A stretch of 64,000 nucleotides of DNA from Phyllobates terribilis. Lineage: Eukaryota. Position 1 is the stretch's first letter. Each line of letters opens with the position of its first letter. The notes beneath the pieces are model-generated. The model worked only from the letters and a program-made list of their open reading frames with translations, had not been told where the DNA came from and did not search any database. Below are positions 1 to 11,568 of this stretch, piece by piece. Made by a program: the position numbers and the translations under genes. The stretch covers positions 1-64,000 of the forward strand of contig NW_027366775.1 of NCBI RefSeq assembly GCF_046119375.1. Reading direction: 5' to 3'.

Positions 1-519
1 AGCCCATGTTGCCTACATGCATCAATCATATCTCTGCACTCAGGCATACGCACAACCTCCCCATGAAATCTCTCATTCGCGTTCATAACACAGTTGAAAT
101 CCCCCATGAGCAGCCAGGGAACATCATGTGCCGCAAACAGCTGATCAACATAACGCCATAGTGGTGTCCTGGCAACAACAAAATGTAGACCATACACAAA
201 ACAGATACCATATCAAATACCAGTAGTCTTGCAGGTAACAAGACACCAAATATGATGCGTAGACACAGTTAGAATCTCCAAATCAACAAAGATAGGATCC
301 TAGACAACAAGAATACGGCCACGCTGGTCTAGGTGGAAATTTGTAGTGAACTCCCAACCCGGAACCATGCGCCTAACAAGAGCAGTAATGTCACTTCTAC
401 CATACTTGGTCTCAAAAAGACCACATACCTTTGCAAAGAGCTTGCTAATCACCTCATTTACACCATTTTTGTTTCCGGGCTTGGCCAAGCCCTCGCACGT
501 TCCAGGCTAAGGCATGCAT
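1..519 (-). pseudogene. LINE ORF2 N-terminus (AP endonuclease), with frameshift and stops
   Basis: The minus strand reads MHALAWNVRGLG from 519, then GLFETK...GRILVV*DP and PWLLMGDFN, which are typical L1 APE motifs. Confidence 0.85.
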
Positions 520-2375
520 TGGGGAACCTCTTTTCGGACGCTGCTAGGACGTCTTAGAATCCTCTTCCCATTGTCTGCAGCCGTAGTAGAATCCATATCC
601 ACATCTAACAACCTCGACTCTCTCAAAGCCATGGATGCCACCTTCTGGGGGCTAGTAGGAGGTGGGATGTCCGCAGAGTGCTCAACTGCCAAGTCTGTAG
701 GTGCCGCTGTATCATCGACGGACTCAAGTCTACGACTCTCCTCCCCTGACTCAGACGGACCACACTGAACCTTAGCAGTCACATCCCCCACCCGAAGGTC
801 TGCCCTAGGTGCTACCCCATCAACCGATACCTGAACATCAATAGCAGCTGTGGTCTCACCTTCACTAGAAGGTACCAAATCACCATCAACCTGATTCGTA
901 ACCTATGGTAGCTCAGACTGGACCACAGTTCCCAAGCCCTCATACTGAACCCCAACCTGATTCCTCTCAGTCACAACATCAACACTCTCAGAAGGACCAG
1001 TAGTCGCAGAAGGTAGAACCGGTGCCTGAGTATGAGTAGGAGGCCTTTGAACTGCCTTCGAGCCTTGTTCCTTTCGGTAACCCTTTGTACCACCATCAAC
1101 CCGCTTCGCCTTGAACTGACACACCTCATCCGAGTGACCAAAGTGAAAACAGCCCTTGCAATACTTAGGCTCATTTTCGATCACAAAAGTAGCATCAATG
1201 GACTCCCCATCATCAAAGTCCAGAGTCACACCCCTAGAGATGGAAGCAGCAAAGTTTACTTCCACTAGAACTTGAGGATAAGCTCCCCGTAACCTGCTAT
1301 CCGTGACAGTATCAACAAACAAAGGCTTCCCCACATGCGAAGCAATCTGGCTAAGAATATCACTCGTCCAAAAGTTCTTTGGTAGCCCAAAGATTCGAAC
1401 CCACAAAGGAATGGTAGCAATATCACGTCGGTTAAACGTGAACTTGTCCGGGATCATCTTCAAAATGATAGGCCTGCCAAACATGAAGTATGGTCCCCCA
1501 CGTAGTACCGTATCTCTATCCAACTCCGACTCGAACGAGAAAATCAACCATCCTTCCTCAACCTTGTACTTATCCCTCACACCCCAGTTGCGCATCAATT
1601 CAAGCAACATTTGATGACCAGGATTATAACCAACATACTGACCAAGTAACGACCATCCCCATACTCTCTCGATAGGCAAACCATTAGAAACCCGAATAGC
1701 AACCCGATCCGATGTAGGAGGAACAAACGAGAGCTTACCTCCTAAACCAGAATTTATGAAAATCTTCTTCGACTTTTGCGCCCAAGCATTCGGGGCTGAG
1801 CGTACAGGAGCAGTCAAGTTAGCACGCGTGGCATCACCTACATCCCTACCCAACAGAGGCAAAACAGATGTGGTCTGAATACCCACAATCGCATCAACAC
1901 CAGCCTGCGGGGGTGTCCATGCCGCAGGATCAGACGGCGAAGGACAATTCACTGGCGGGATCGTTAATCCCAGAAAAGCACCCACAGTCAACGTGCCAAC
2001 AGAATCTGATTGAACAACTTCTGGGCATGCAGGATCCGAAAGCAGGGTCTCCGGGCATGCAGGAGATGTAAATGATGGCGTAGACGTACTCCCCTTTGCA
2101 AACAGCAAACGAACAGGGCCAAGATTATTAGGCAACGACGGGAAATTTGAAGAGTATGTCTCATGATCAGGAAGGTCATCCGCCATGCGCACCGAGTTAT
2201 AGTCCGCAGCATCAGCCGAACCTGTTACTTCCAACGAAGCCGTCGCCGTAGGTGAACCAGAAGCCGATTTGAGCACCAAAGGTGCCACCTTTGACAAAGA
2301 CAAATCCATACAACCCGACTCCGAACCAGGAGAAAACAAAACCTGCCCCTTCCCCTTACGTTTATTCTTGGCCAT
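507..2375 (-). pseudogene. LINE ORF1 (DUF4283-like RNA-binding region + zinc knuckle), one in-frame stop at 903-905
   Basis: ORF 903..2417 contains GWLIFSF...GGPYFMFGRPIIL...PLWVRIFGLP...IASHVGKPL and CKGCFHFGHSDEVC. ORF 507..878 continues in the same frame after the TAG. Likely start is MAKNKRKGKG at 2375. Confidence 0.85.
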
Positions 2376-2829
2376 ATTCATGGAAAACAAGTAATTGATC
2401 AGCCGCCACACATACACACCCTAAACCGAAACCAGGGAATGATCTGCGATCGACGTACGAACCACCAACCACACCAAGCAAAAATCACCCTCCCGGTACA
2501 GCAACACCGCCAAGGCTAGTGTTCGTACTTTTGACGTCGACCTCGTGAGGAAATCGATGGAGAACGGACGATGAACTACGACCTGGTTGACGTACGACAA
2601 AACACCTCCGATGACGACAACGGAGACGGAAAGAACTCAGACGGGAAAAACAGGGCAGTCGGCCGCCGGGATTCGAGAGGAACCACCGCCTTGGACCGTC
2701 GACGAACACAGTGGAAGAGCACCGCCGGAGAGACGCCGGAGCAACGAGGTGTTGAAGTCTGGTGCTCGGCGGTAGCAAATAGGGTTACGATGAGCGTGTT
2801 TTTAAAACAGAGCAAATTTTTAATGGCTG

Positions 2830-3350
2830 ATTAGCTGACAAGAAAGAATCTTCTAATTTTTTTGAACGAATTGAGCTAGCCAATAATACCTTGACACGTA
2901 GCTCTAAAAACTTTTGAGTGCTCCTCGCCAAATGAAGGATCAGCTACCACGTGTATGGATCGTATTCCATCTTGTCGTACTACTTACGTCTTTTCTAAAG
3001 AATCATTTAAAACATGCGCTTATTCACATAAAGTAGAAAGCGCGTCCCGCGTTCTTTTCTGGCAAATAGGATTTTCCAGCTCAGCTACTCGCTTCTCTGT
3101 CTTGTTTTCTTCAGCTCTCCTAGCTTGCTGACCCAGCTAGCTTGTAAACTTGTAAGTGATACTTCTACTCGTTGTAAATATATTAAGCGATCCTTGTACT
3201 GTGTAAGCGAACTTCATGCAGTGTAAGCTACACTTTTAAGTTGCCTACCATATCCTGTAAACTCTGTAAACACTTGATTTCCAATAATGATTAAGTTTGT
3301 AAACATCAAAACTAGACAAAATAAGTTAAGCTACCTCAGCTCAACTAACA
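2830..3350 (-). repeat. Sirevirus-like LTR 5' fragment
   Basis: The minus strand starts TGTTAGTTGAGCTGAGGTAGCTTAACTT...AGTTTTGATGTTTACAAACTT, homologous to the plus-strand LTR start at 11043. It cuts the copia RT right after the QYLSRCF codons. Confidence 0.6.
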
Positions 3351-4972
3351 AAACACCTACTCAAGTATTGATTGAAAGACGAGATGGATGAGGCATTATT
3401 TCCGGTGATAACGAGTCGTCAACATATAAAAAAACATGGAGAACGGTGCCATTTCTTTCCATAGAAAAAAGAGAGTAGTTGGTATAGCTCTTTTGAAATC
3501 CAAACACCTTGAGAGCCATTGTAAGTTTCGAGAACCAATAATGGGAAGCTTGTCCAAGACATAAAAATATTTTCAAAGTTGAGAAACTTGTTTGGGGAGT
3601 ATCTTAGAGACTCCAGGTTGAGGTGACATGTAGACTTACTTGGTTAGGTCGCTACGAAGGAATGAATTATGATCATCCATTTGATGAAGCTCCCAATCCC
3701 GAATAAAAACGATGGATAGGAAGACATAAATTGTTACCGTCTTCTCCACCAGTGTACAAGTCTCTTTGAAATCTTATTCCTTCAACCTGCCTATTACCGA
3801 GAATAAAAAATTGAGCTTTGTGTTGCTTTATGGACCCATCTGACTTGCATTTGAGCCAATATACGCGTTTGTATCCCATGGGTTTCTCTCCAGCTGAGAG
3901 AGATGTGACAACCCTAGTATTATTACGATGAAGGGAATCTAAATCGGATCACATTGCCTCATGCCAAGGAGCAAGATGGACGGCTTGAACATAAGAGGAG
4001 GGCTCATGTGAAGCCATGATCCTAGAGATAAACTTGGACTGGTTAGGGGGAAAATTAACAGTAGAGACATATGCAACAACGAGATACTTACTACCAAAGG
4101 ACGGTGATAATGGGGAGGTGAAGGTGTGGATGCAAGGGGCATCGATTCAATGCCGCGAGTAGTGTGACACACATAGTCTCACCGTAAGACGAAGGTCTTA
4201 CAAGAGTTCACTGTATCCAGCATCCGGAACTATATTGACGAGTAAGCTCGGAAGAGGTTGTGGCGGTGGTGATGAATTCAGAGTTGCGAAAGGAGATGGC
4301 ACATGTCTCCCCATGTTGATGGACATGTCCATGTCATCAAAGATTGTTGGGTCGTGTGAAGGAGTAACAAGCGGTGACGGCGATTGCAATGATGAATCTG
4401 GTGGCGTGTAAGGGGATGCGTTTTCATATAACACAACACCTCTAGAGACAAATGTGCGTCGAGTGTCAAGATCATGGACATGCATGTCATGTCCAGGCGG
4501 ATAACCGAGAAACACACATTTAGAGATAATGTAAATGAAACTTATCGATGGGAAGAGGCAAGCAAAGGCATAAAATATGCATCCAAGCACACGAGAATGT
4601 TGCAAAGAAGTTGTCTGACCTCGAAGAATTTGATACAACGTATTGTTTCCTATAACCAATAACGAAGTCCGGTTGATGAGATGGCATGAGGTGAAAACAT
4701 GTTCGCCCCAAAATCAATTGACAAAGAGGCATGAAACTGAAATGAGCGGGCCACGTTAAGGATATGGCGATGCTTCCGTTTCACGCATTCATTTTGTTGA
4801 GGCGTGTATGTGCACGAGATCTCTAAGAGAGTACTATGCTTAGTGAAGAAAGGACGCATGCTGAGGAATCACATCTGTTTTCTATCCAAGCATTGAATCA
4901 TACACCCATGTATTCTTGAAGTAGTCATTTGAAGTTTTATAAAAATAAAAGGTGATACTAGTGGGAAACACT
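3351..4972 (-). pseudogene. copia integrase core, SH3-like region and RT N-half (degenerate)
   Basis: TPQQNECVKRKHRHILNVAR; RVLGC...SKCVFLGYPPG; YKRVYWLKCKSDGSIKQHKA; GQASHYWFSKL...FLYVDD. Confidence 0.9.
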
Positions 4973-4977
4973 ATATG

Positions 4978-5699
4978 TGTGAAACAGATTTGGCTAGTTG
5001 AGATTTAAGTGATCTAATCGCGCATGCATACACAAATCTAAAGCACAATAATGCAAAAAGGATTGTTTACGCACTTCGGAGAAAACCTTCTACGTCTGCG
5101 GGCCTCAAGATGAGAGCCTATCACTATGAACAATCGTTTCAAGCAATTACAACCAAGAGGACCAATCTCAGTATATAAGGCAAACAATCAAACAAGCTAG
5201 GCAATACAAGATCAAAAGGAAAGAGGAACTTCCCAGTCGAAGGTGTAATCTCGGAGCATGCCTGCGGTAACCCTAACACCAGCCTTCTCGGAGCTTTTAG
5301 CAGCCAGGGATGGAGACACCACCACCACAGAGAAGCACGAACCACCGTTGAACCTTCCTATCAACGTTAGGGCACGAGATCTGCCTCGCCGTCACAGGAA
5401 CACCGGAATCGCCACACAAGGAACACTCTGGAGTTCTCAATAATACTCTCAAGAACAAGCGACAAATATGATAAAGTGACGGTTTTTTGCAATCAACCCT
5501 AAAACACTAGCATATATACTCCAACTATCAAACCTAGTTTGAACCCGGTCTAATTCCGAGAGTTGGGCTTGCAAATTAAGGTCTTCCAGGCTACTGCACA
5601 AGGTTTCCTAGTATTGGGCCTCAACACACTTCACTGGCCCAATTACATATTACAAGCCTGAATACACATTATTACAAAATAGAAAATTACATCATAACA
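4978..5699 (-). repeat. 3' LTR of the Tork-like copia
   Basis: TG...CA termini; aligns over its length with 9500-10212. Confidence 0.9.
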
Positions 5700-5789
5700 A
5701 TTGGCCTCTTAATTTGCTACATGTGCATAGCCCTACTCCTTTAGTTGTATTGTTCACAACCATTGCATAGACCGGGGAGTGAATAAGCC

Positions 5790-8700
5790 TTTCCATGTCG
5801 TCCACCTTTCACACCAATCATCACTCAAGGAACATCCTAGATATGAAAGAATTTCTCGTAATAGTTAAATTTGTCAACTGTAACAATCTTTGTACCAACG
5901 TCAGCAGGATTATTGTCACCTTTGATTGTAGTAACAATGATCTTTTTTCTTTCTACCAGATCACGAATAAAATGAAGTCTAAATCAACATGGTTGAACAT
6001 CTCATGGTAAACAGGATCCTTGCACGAATACAAATCACTCACAGTATCCACAAAAATAGTAGGCACATACACAATACTGAATCTCATTTAACTATCCAGA
6101 AAGCCAAATGGCTTCCTTTGCAGCTTCAGTCGCTACAATATACTCAACCTCAGTTGAGGACAGAGCAACCACAGGCTGTTGCTGGGATTTCCAGGAAATA
6201 ATATTTCCTACCTAACTAAGTTATAAGAGGTAGTAGACTTCTTATTATCTTTATTACTGGTGTAGTCTGAATCAACATAACCATATAATTCATTTCTACT
6301 AGTATGCTCAGTATAGTTCAATCCTAGGTTTTAGTCCCATTATGTATATCAAGGCACACTTTATACTATTCCAATGTGACTCTCCAGGATTGGCCATAAA
6401 CCTAGTACACAACATGAAGTACATAACTGAACCTACAACCACATCATAAGGGACTTTACATATCTTATCTATGTCATTCTAACTAAACGGCCAGTCATCC
6501 CTGATTAACATAAGGTGCCCTCCTAAGGGTATAGAGGTGATCCTAGGATCCAACATATTAAATTTATCTAAGACTTTCTTAATATAATCTTTTTGAGATA
6601 ACTACGTAGTTTTCTTATTTATATCCCTAATCATCCTCACCCCTAGAATCATATGAGCTGGGCCTAAGTCTTTCATATCAAAATACAGTTTTAGGTCATT
6701 TTTAACACCAGTTATATGAACCTTATAACTGCTCAGTATTACCCATATCAAGCTATTCTTCTCCATGAACTTGATTGTTTTCTGGTACATAGTACTATGG
6801 TGTAGAAGCAATAGTATCATATTTTGGATTCTCAGTACCTGTATTCTAAAAAGTAGGCATTAGTTTCTTATAGTGAAAATCAGACTCATCAAATTTAACA
6901 CTCCTTGAAACTATCATCATATAACCATGATTTTGTACCACTAAGAGTTTATAAACTTTAACCCCCTTTGGGTACCCCAACATGACACACTTGAAAGCTC
7001 TAGGTTTCAATTTTCCTTGTGAAACTTGTGAGTAGGAAGAACACCCAAAGGTCCTTAGAAAACTAAGGTTAAGTTTTCTACTAGTCCACATTTCATAAGG
7101 AGTCTTGAAACCTATAGTGTTAGAGGGAAATCTATATATGAGGTATGCATTTATCGCAACAGCTTCACCCCACAAAACATGATTTAGACCGAACCTAATT
7201 AACATGCATCTAGTTTTATTTAGAAGAGCCCTATTCATTCTTTCTGTTGTCCCATTCTGCTAATGCATTCATGGGACAGTGAAGTGCCTTTTAATGACAC
7301 TAAGAGTACAATTTTCATTAAATTCTTTATTACAGAATTCTAATCCATTATCAATCCTTAAACACTTAAGTTTCTGGTTACATTCAGATTCTACTTTAAC
7401 TTTCCAATTCTTAAAAGAATCTAAGGCATAATTATTATTCCTAAGTAATGTGACCCAAAACTACTAGAAAATCAATGAAAGAAATAAACTACCTCTTACC
7501 TCCCACAGTACTCACCTGTGAAGGCCCCTACAAATCTGAATGGACATACTCAAGGGGAAGTTTAGCAATATAAGAGGATTTCCTAACAAAATTGTTAGTC
7601 ATTTTACCATATATGCAATATTCAAGTAAAATTAGAGTTGAAGGCTTCTTATCAATAATATCATGCTTATACAAACACTCAAGTCCTTTATTACCTATAT
7701 GTCCTAATTTGTTGTGCCAAAGTTTAGTTTGATAAAGGTCTAAGTTAACACTGGAATTTATAAGGTTTAATTCAAGTGTAGCCATAACATGATATAAGCC
7801 TCCCTTCATCATACCTTTAATAAGGGCGACTTATCATTAATGATCACTCTTATCCCATTCTCAGTGTTAATGTTTAAACCATTTTCGATAAATATGGATT
7901 AAGATATTAAGTTTTTTCTAAGCTTGGGAACCCACCTAACATTACTAAGAACCCTAACTATCCCATAATGCATGCGTAAAGGAACATTACCTATCCCTTT
8001 TATATCTAATGAGATGTGATCTCCTAACATGACCTTACCATTATTCAAACTACTAAATGAAGAAAAAGCATCTCTAGAAGGAGTAGCATGCATGGTGCAA
8101 CGACTATCTAAAATCCAATCATTAGAATTATCAACATCACCACACATCAAAATATCAACACAAATAAGCATTTCACAATCAAAGAATTCATGAGACTCAA
8201 GCACAGAAGCCACATTGTTCAAAGATTTCTCAGAATCATCCTTTTTCTTTTTATAATAGTCCTTTATAGAGTGATCAACCTTGCCACAGAAGAAACATTT
8301 CTTCGTAGGGTCAGTGTTATGATCATTAGTGTCCTTTTTATTAAAGTCGTTTTTATCCTTACAATATTCTTATTATGTTTCTTATTAGTGTATGAAACTT
8401 CACTCTTAGGTTCATTCTTAGGGCCATTTTTAACTTTGAACACTTTTAATGATCAATTTTTCTCAGTAACGACATCAATGATTATAATTTTAGTTAAGGT
8501 CTCATTACCATACTGTATGACATCTTTAAATTGTCAAATTGAGCAGGAAAAGAATTCAAGAGTAAGACAGCTTGGTGAGTTTCTTCAATTTTATTTTTAC
8601 ATCTCTCTAGGCCTTGTGTTATCTGAAGGAATTTATCCAAATTATCATGCAAGGTCATATTTATATCCATTTTGAATGTAAACAGCCTACATAATAAAGA

Positions 8701-9050
8701 GATCCTAGAGGGAAGAGATTTAGTCAAGTATAGAGCTTGTAAAGCATTCCATATATCTTTAGAAGTAGAGAAGTTAACTACCAGCCTTGCAACATAATCA
8801 GATAGTCTAATCATTATTATTTAATGAGCCTACTCATCCATCTCAACCTTCATATCCTCGGAAGTCATAGCAGCACTCACTAGTAATAACTTTCTAACAT
8901 TTCTCTTTGATGAGCACAACCCTCATCTTGACTCGCCACATGGTGAAGTCAGATGAAACATCAAATAGTTTCATATGCATAGTGTTGTCTGCCATAACAT
9001 CACAGCACACATAAGTCACTGTCCACAGATAAAATATGCAAGAACACAAG
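5790..9050 (-). pseudogene. Tork-like gag-pol polyprotein remnant
   Basis: KLFDVSSDFTMWRVKMRVVLIKEKC (gag); DWILDSRCTMH (PR); LWHNKLGHIG and EYVHSDL (INT); KCVMLGYPKGVKVYKL; FDMKDLGPAHMILG (RT); VVALSSTEVEY (RNaseH). Many stops and frameshifts, and part of RT appears deleted. Confidence 0.9.
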
Positions 9051-9132
9051 AGATCACACATTGAGTTCTTGATTGGTAGAAAGATCAATACAACACTCAA
9101 GTTGTAATGTTTCTACAAGAATCAATAATTCT

Positions 9133-9225
9133 AGAATCACACAGGATTCAACAAGTCAAAGACAAGAGCAAGAATCACACAGGATTCAACAAGTTAAAGA
9201 CAAGAGCAAGAATCACACAGGGTTC
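9133..9225. repeat. 38-bp tandem repeat, about 2.5 copies, in the Tork leader
   Basis: Unit agaatcacacaggattcaacaagt(c/t)aaagacaagagca is repeated head to tail. Confidence 0.85.
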
Positions 9226-9499
9226 AATCAAACTAGAGAAAAGAGCACAAAGACTCAGTTATCTTCTCTAATTCAACCACATAAGGCATCAGAGAAGATG
9301 TCTCAATGTCTCAAGGTCTCAGACAACACAATGCAAGAATCACACAAGATTCAAGACAAGTAGTAGCCAAATCTCAACAAAGTGAAAGCAACAAGGACAT
9401 GCAGAATCAAAATGTAAGAAAAGTTCCTAGATAAGAAGATCTACAATCACACAAGATCGATAAAAGAAAAAATCTAGGAACTTGGATCTGATACCAATC

Positions 9500-10212
9500 T
9501 ATGAAAATAGATTTAGATAATCGAGACCTAAGTGACCTAATCGCTCATGCATACACAAATCCAAAGAACAATAATGTAATAGGTTTATTTACGCAGTTTG
9601 GAGTAACCTTCTACATCTAAGGTCCCTAATATGAGAGCCTATCCATTATGCACAATCGTTTAAAGCAATTACAACCAAGAGGAGTAACCTCAGTACATCA
9701 GGGAAACAACCAAACAATCTAGGCAATACAAGATCAAAAAGAAAGAAGAAACTTACTAGTCGAAGGTGTAATCTTGTAGCGTGCCTGCAGAAACCCTAAC
9801 ACCAGCCTTCTCAGAGCTTTTAGCAGCCAAGGATGGAGACACCACCACCACAGAGAAGCACAAAACATCGTCGAACCTTCCTATCAATGTTAGGGCATGA
9901 GATTTGCCTCACCATCACAGGAACACCAAAATCGCCACAGAAGGAACACTCTGGAGCTCTCAAGAACAAGTAGCGAATCTGAGAAAGTGAAGGTTTTTTT
10001 TGCAATCAACCCTAAAAAGCTGGCATATATACTCCATCCTTCAAACCCGGTTTGAACCTGGTCTTGCTCCAAGAGTTAGGCTGGAGAATTAAGGGCTTCT
10101 GGGCTTCTACAGAATATTTCCTAGTATTGGGCCTAAACACACATCACTGGCCCAATTACATATTACAAGCCCAAATACGCATTATTACATAATAGGAAAT
10201 TACATCCTAACA
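9500..10212 (-). repeat. 5' LTR of the Tork-like copia
   Basis: Adjacent to the PBS (ggatctgatacca at 9484-9496); matches 4978-5699. Confidence 0.9.
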
Positions 10213-10217
10213 ATATG

Positions 10218-11037
10218 GGCCTCAAATATCAAAATGAATTAAGCCAATAAATTTACCACATTATTACAATTCAAAGAGAACGATCTACGAGTTTGCTTTG
10301 CTTTAAACTAGATAAGACTGATGCCAACGGGTGCCCAAGACGTTAGTGCCAAATATGGAAGACGTAGAAGACAACATAACCGCACAGATGATGGAGGTAC
10401 CGAAGGAGCGCATCCAATAGAGCCCACCTTGTTCTTCATTCACAACAATAACCATCCTCAAACTGCAATCCGGAACGACATAAAGTTTGTCAGTTAAACT
10501 CACCACGCATCTAGATAGCTTAGTTAATTAAGCAATAAACAAAAAGTTGCAATCCAAATTCAGAACAAGTAAAACACAAGAAATGGTGGTGTTACTAGTG
10601 AACACCAGTAAACCCTCTTCAAAGGTTGTGTTTAACTGATTATCTGACATTTTTTTCCGACGGGGGATATGGAGATGGTTCGATGCAAGAGATCTCAACT
10701 GCCATTCATATGAATTGATGCAATGGTATCAAGAATCCAAGTAAACTACTAACTCGACTGATATGCGGTACCAGAGTTATTTTAAGAGAGTGAAATACTT
10801 GAAGCATAGTGTTCCATTTCTCCTGAGTAACCGTCAGACCAAGTGCATAACGATCCTGGCTCGTGAGAAGGTTGGAGCCACAAAGGATGCATGAGATTGG
10901 ACGACGTTCACCACACCAAAGCCACAACCACGGCCACATTTGTAGCTGAAATAAGGTTGTTGAGAGGAGAAAGTAGATGATGTAGAGATAGGAGTGGGTT
11001 ATTGGCCCTTACCACGTGGAATGTAGCATTCAGGGAA
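10218..11037 (-). pseudogene. Ale-like copia gag tail, protease and GAG-pre-integrase remnant
   Basis: WILDTIASIHM-like protease motif near 10740-10710; EEQGGLYW; AKQTRRSF...LIHFDI*GPY leading into the Tork insertion site. Confidence 0.75.
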
Positions 11038-11042
11038 GCATT

Positions 11043-11568
11043 TGTTAGTTCAGCTAGCATTAGCTTAACTAAATTTCTTAAGTTTTGATGATTACAAACT
11101 TAGTATCTAATTATTTTCAAGAGTTTTAAGTGTTACATGTATTGCATATAAGTTTTATGGTCCATCTTATACTAAGCAAGTCTCGTTTATAGCAAATAAT
11201 AATTGTAAGGGTCACGCTTTAGAGTTTAGAATTCTGCTTATCAGTGAGATGGTAGCGCTAAGAATCCAGAGAGAAACTAAATGTGCCAAAGAGCTGAGAA
11301 GTGAAGAAGCATGTACCAAAGGGAAAACAAGGAGAAAACGCGTTTTTCATATATACAACATGTTTTAAATATGCAACTCAACTAATTACAAGTTGTGCAA
11401 GTTGTATTTGATCCAACGCTTACAGTCGTACACATGTTAGCTTATTTGTGCAAGTGGTGAGCGTGCCTCAGAAGAATGAAGAGAAAGCTCTACCACGTGG
11501 CACAAGCACAAGAGTTCTTAAAAGTCGTCCAACTGAATCAAGAAAGGTGTTTTTGAGAGCCAATAAGA
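11043..11568 (+). repeat. Sirevirus-like LTR, 5' part
   Basis: Starts TGTTAGTTCAGC...AAGTTTTGATGATTACAAACT, homologous to the LTR start at 3350 on the minus strand. Confidence 0.6.

Larger units (their letters stand above)
1..2810 (-). mobile_element. L1-type LINE, 5' portion (5' UTR, ORF1, start of ORF2); runs off the left edge
   Basis: DUF4283-like ORF1 with a CX2CX4HX4C knuckle, directly followed by an APE endonuclease start. The 5' boundary is approximate. Confidence 0.9.
4978..10212 (-). mobile_element. Full-length, decayed Tork/Tnt1-like copia with both LTRs and TSD ATATG
   Basis: LTRs 4978-5699 and 9500-10212 (about 80% identical by eye). ATATG lies at 4973-4977 and 10213-10217. Met-type PBS TGGTATCAGATCC at 9496-9484. 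gag, PR, INT, RT and RH remnants are in copia order. Confidence 0.92.

Noticed and set aside
903-2417. 504-aa ORF as a host DUF4283 gene
   Set aside because: It is directly followed by an L1 endonuclease start, so it is LINE ORF1.
2485-2834. Short GC-rich ORFs here and in LTRs (e.g. 5139-5443, 9820-10072, 46257-46593) as novel small proteins
   Set aside because: They are overlapping chance ORFs in UTR or LTR sequence. In the Tork pair (5139-5443 vs 9820-10072) the frames are not kept between LTR copies.
3010-3355. Apparent 336-bp solo LTR with AAACA TSD
   Set aside because: Homology to the 11043 LTR continues through the supposed left boundary (shared catgttttaaat), and the RT does not resume there. 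The match is a coincidence.
9133-9225. CRISPR-like array (also considered for 22745-22941)
   Set aside because: Head-to-tail or irregular repeats without unique spacers, inside plant retroelements.
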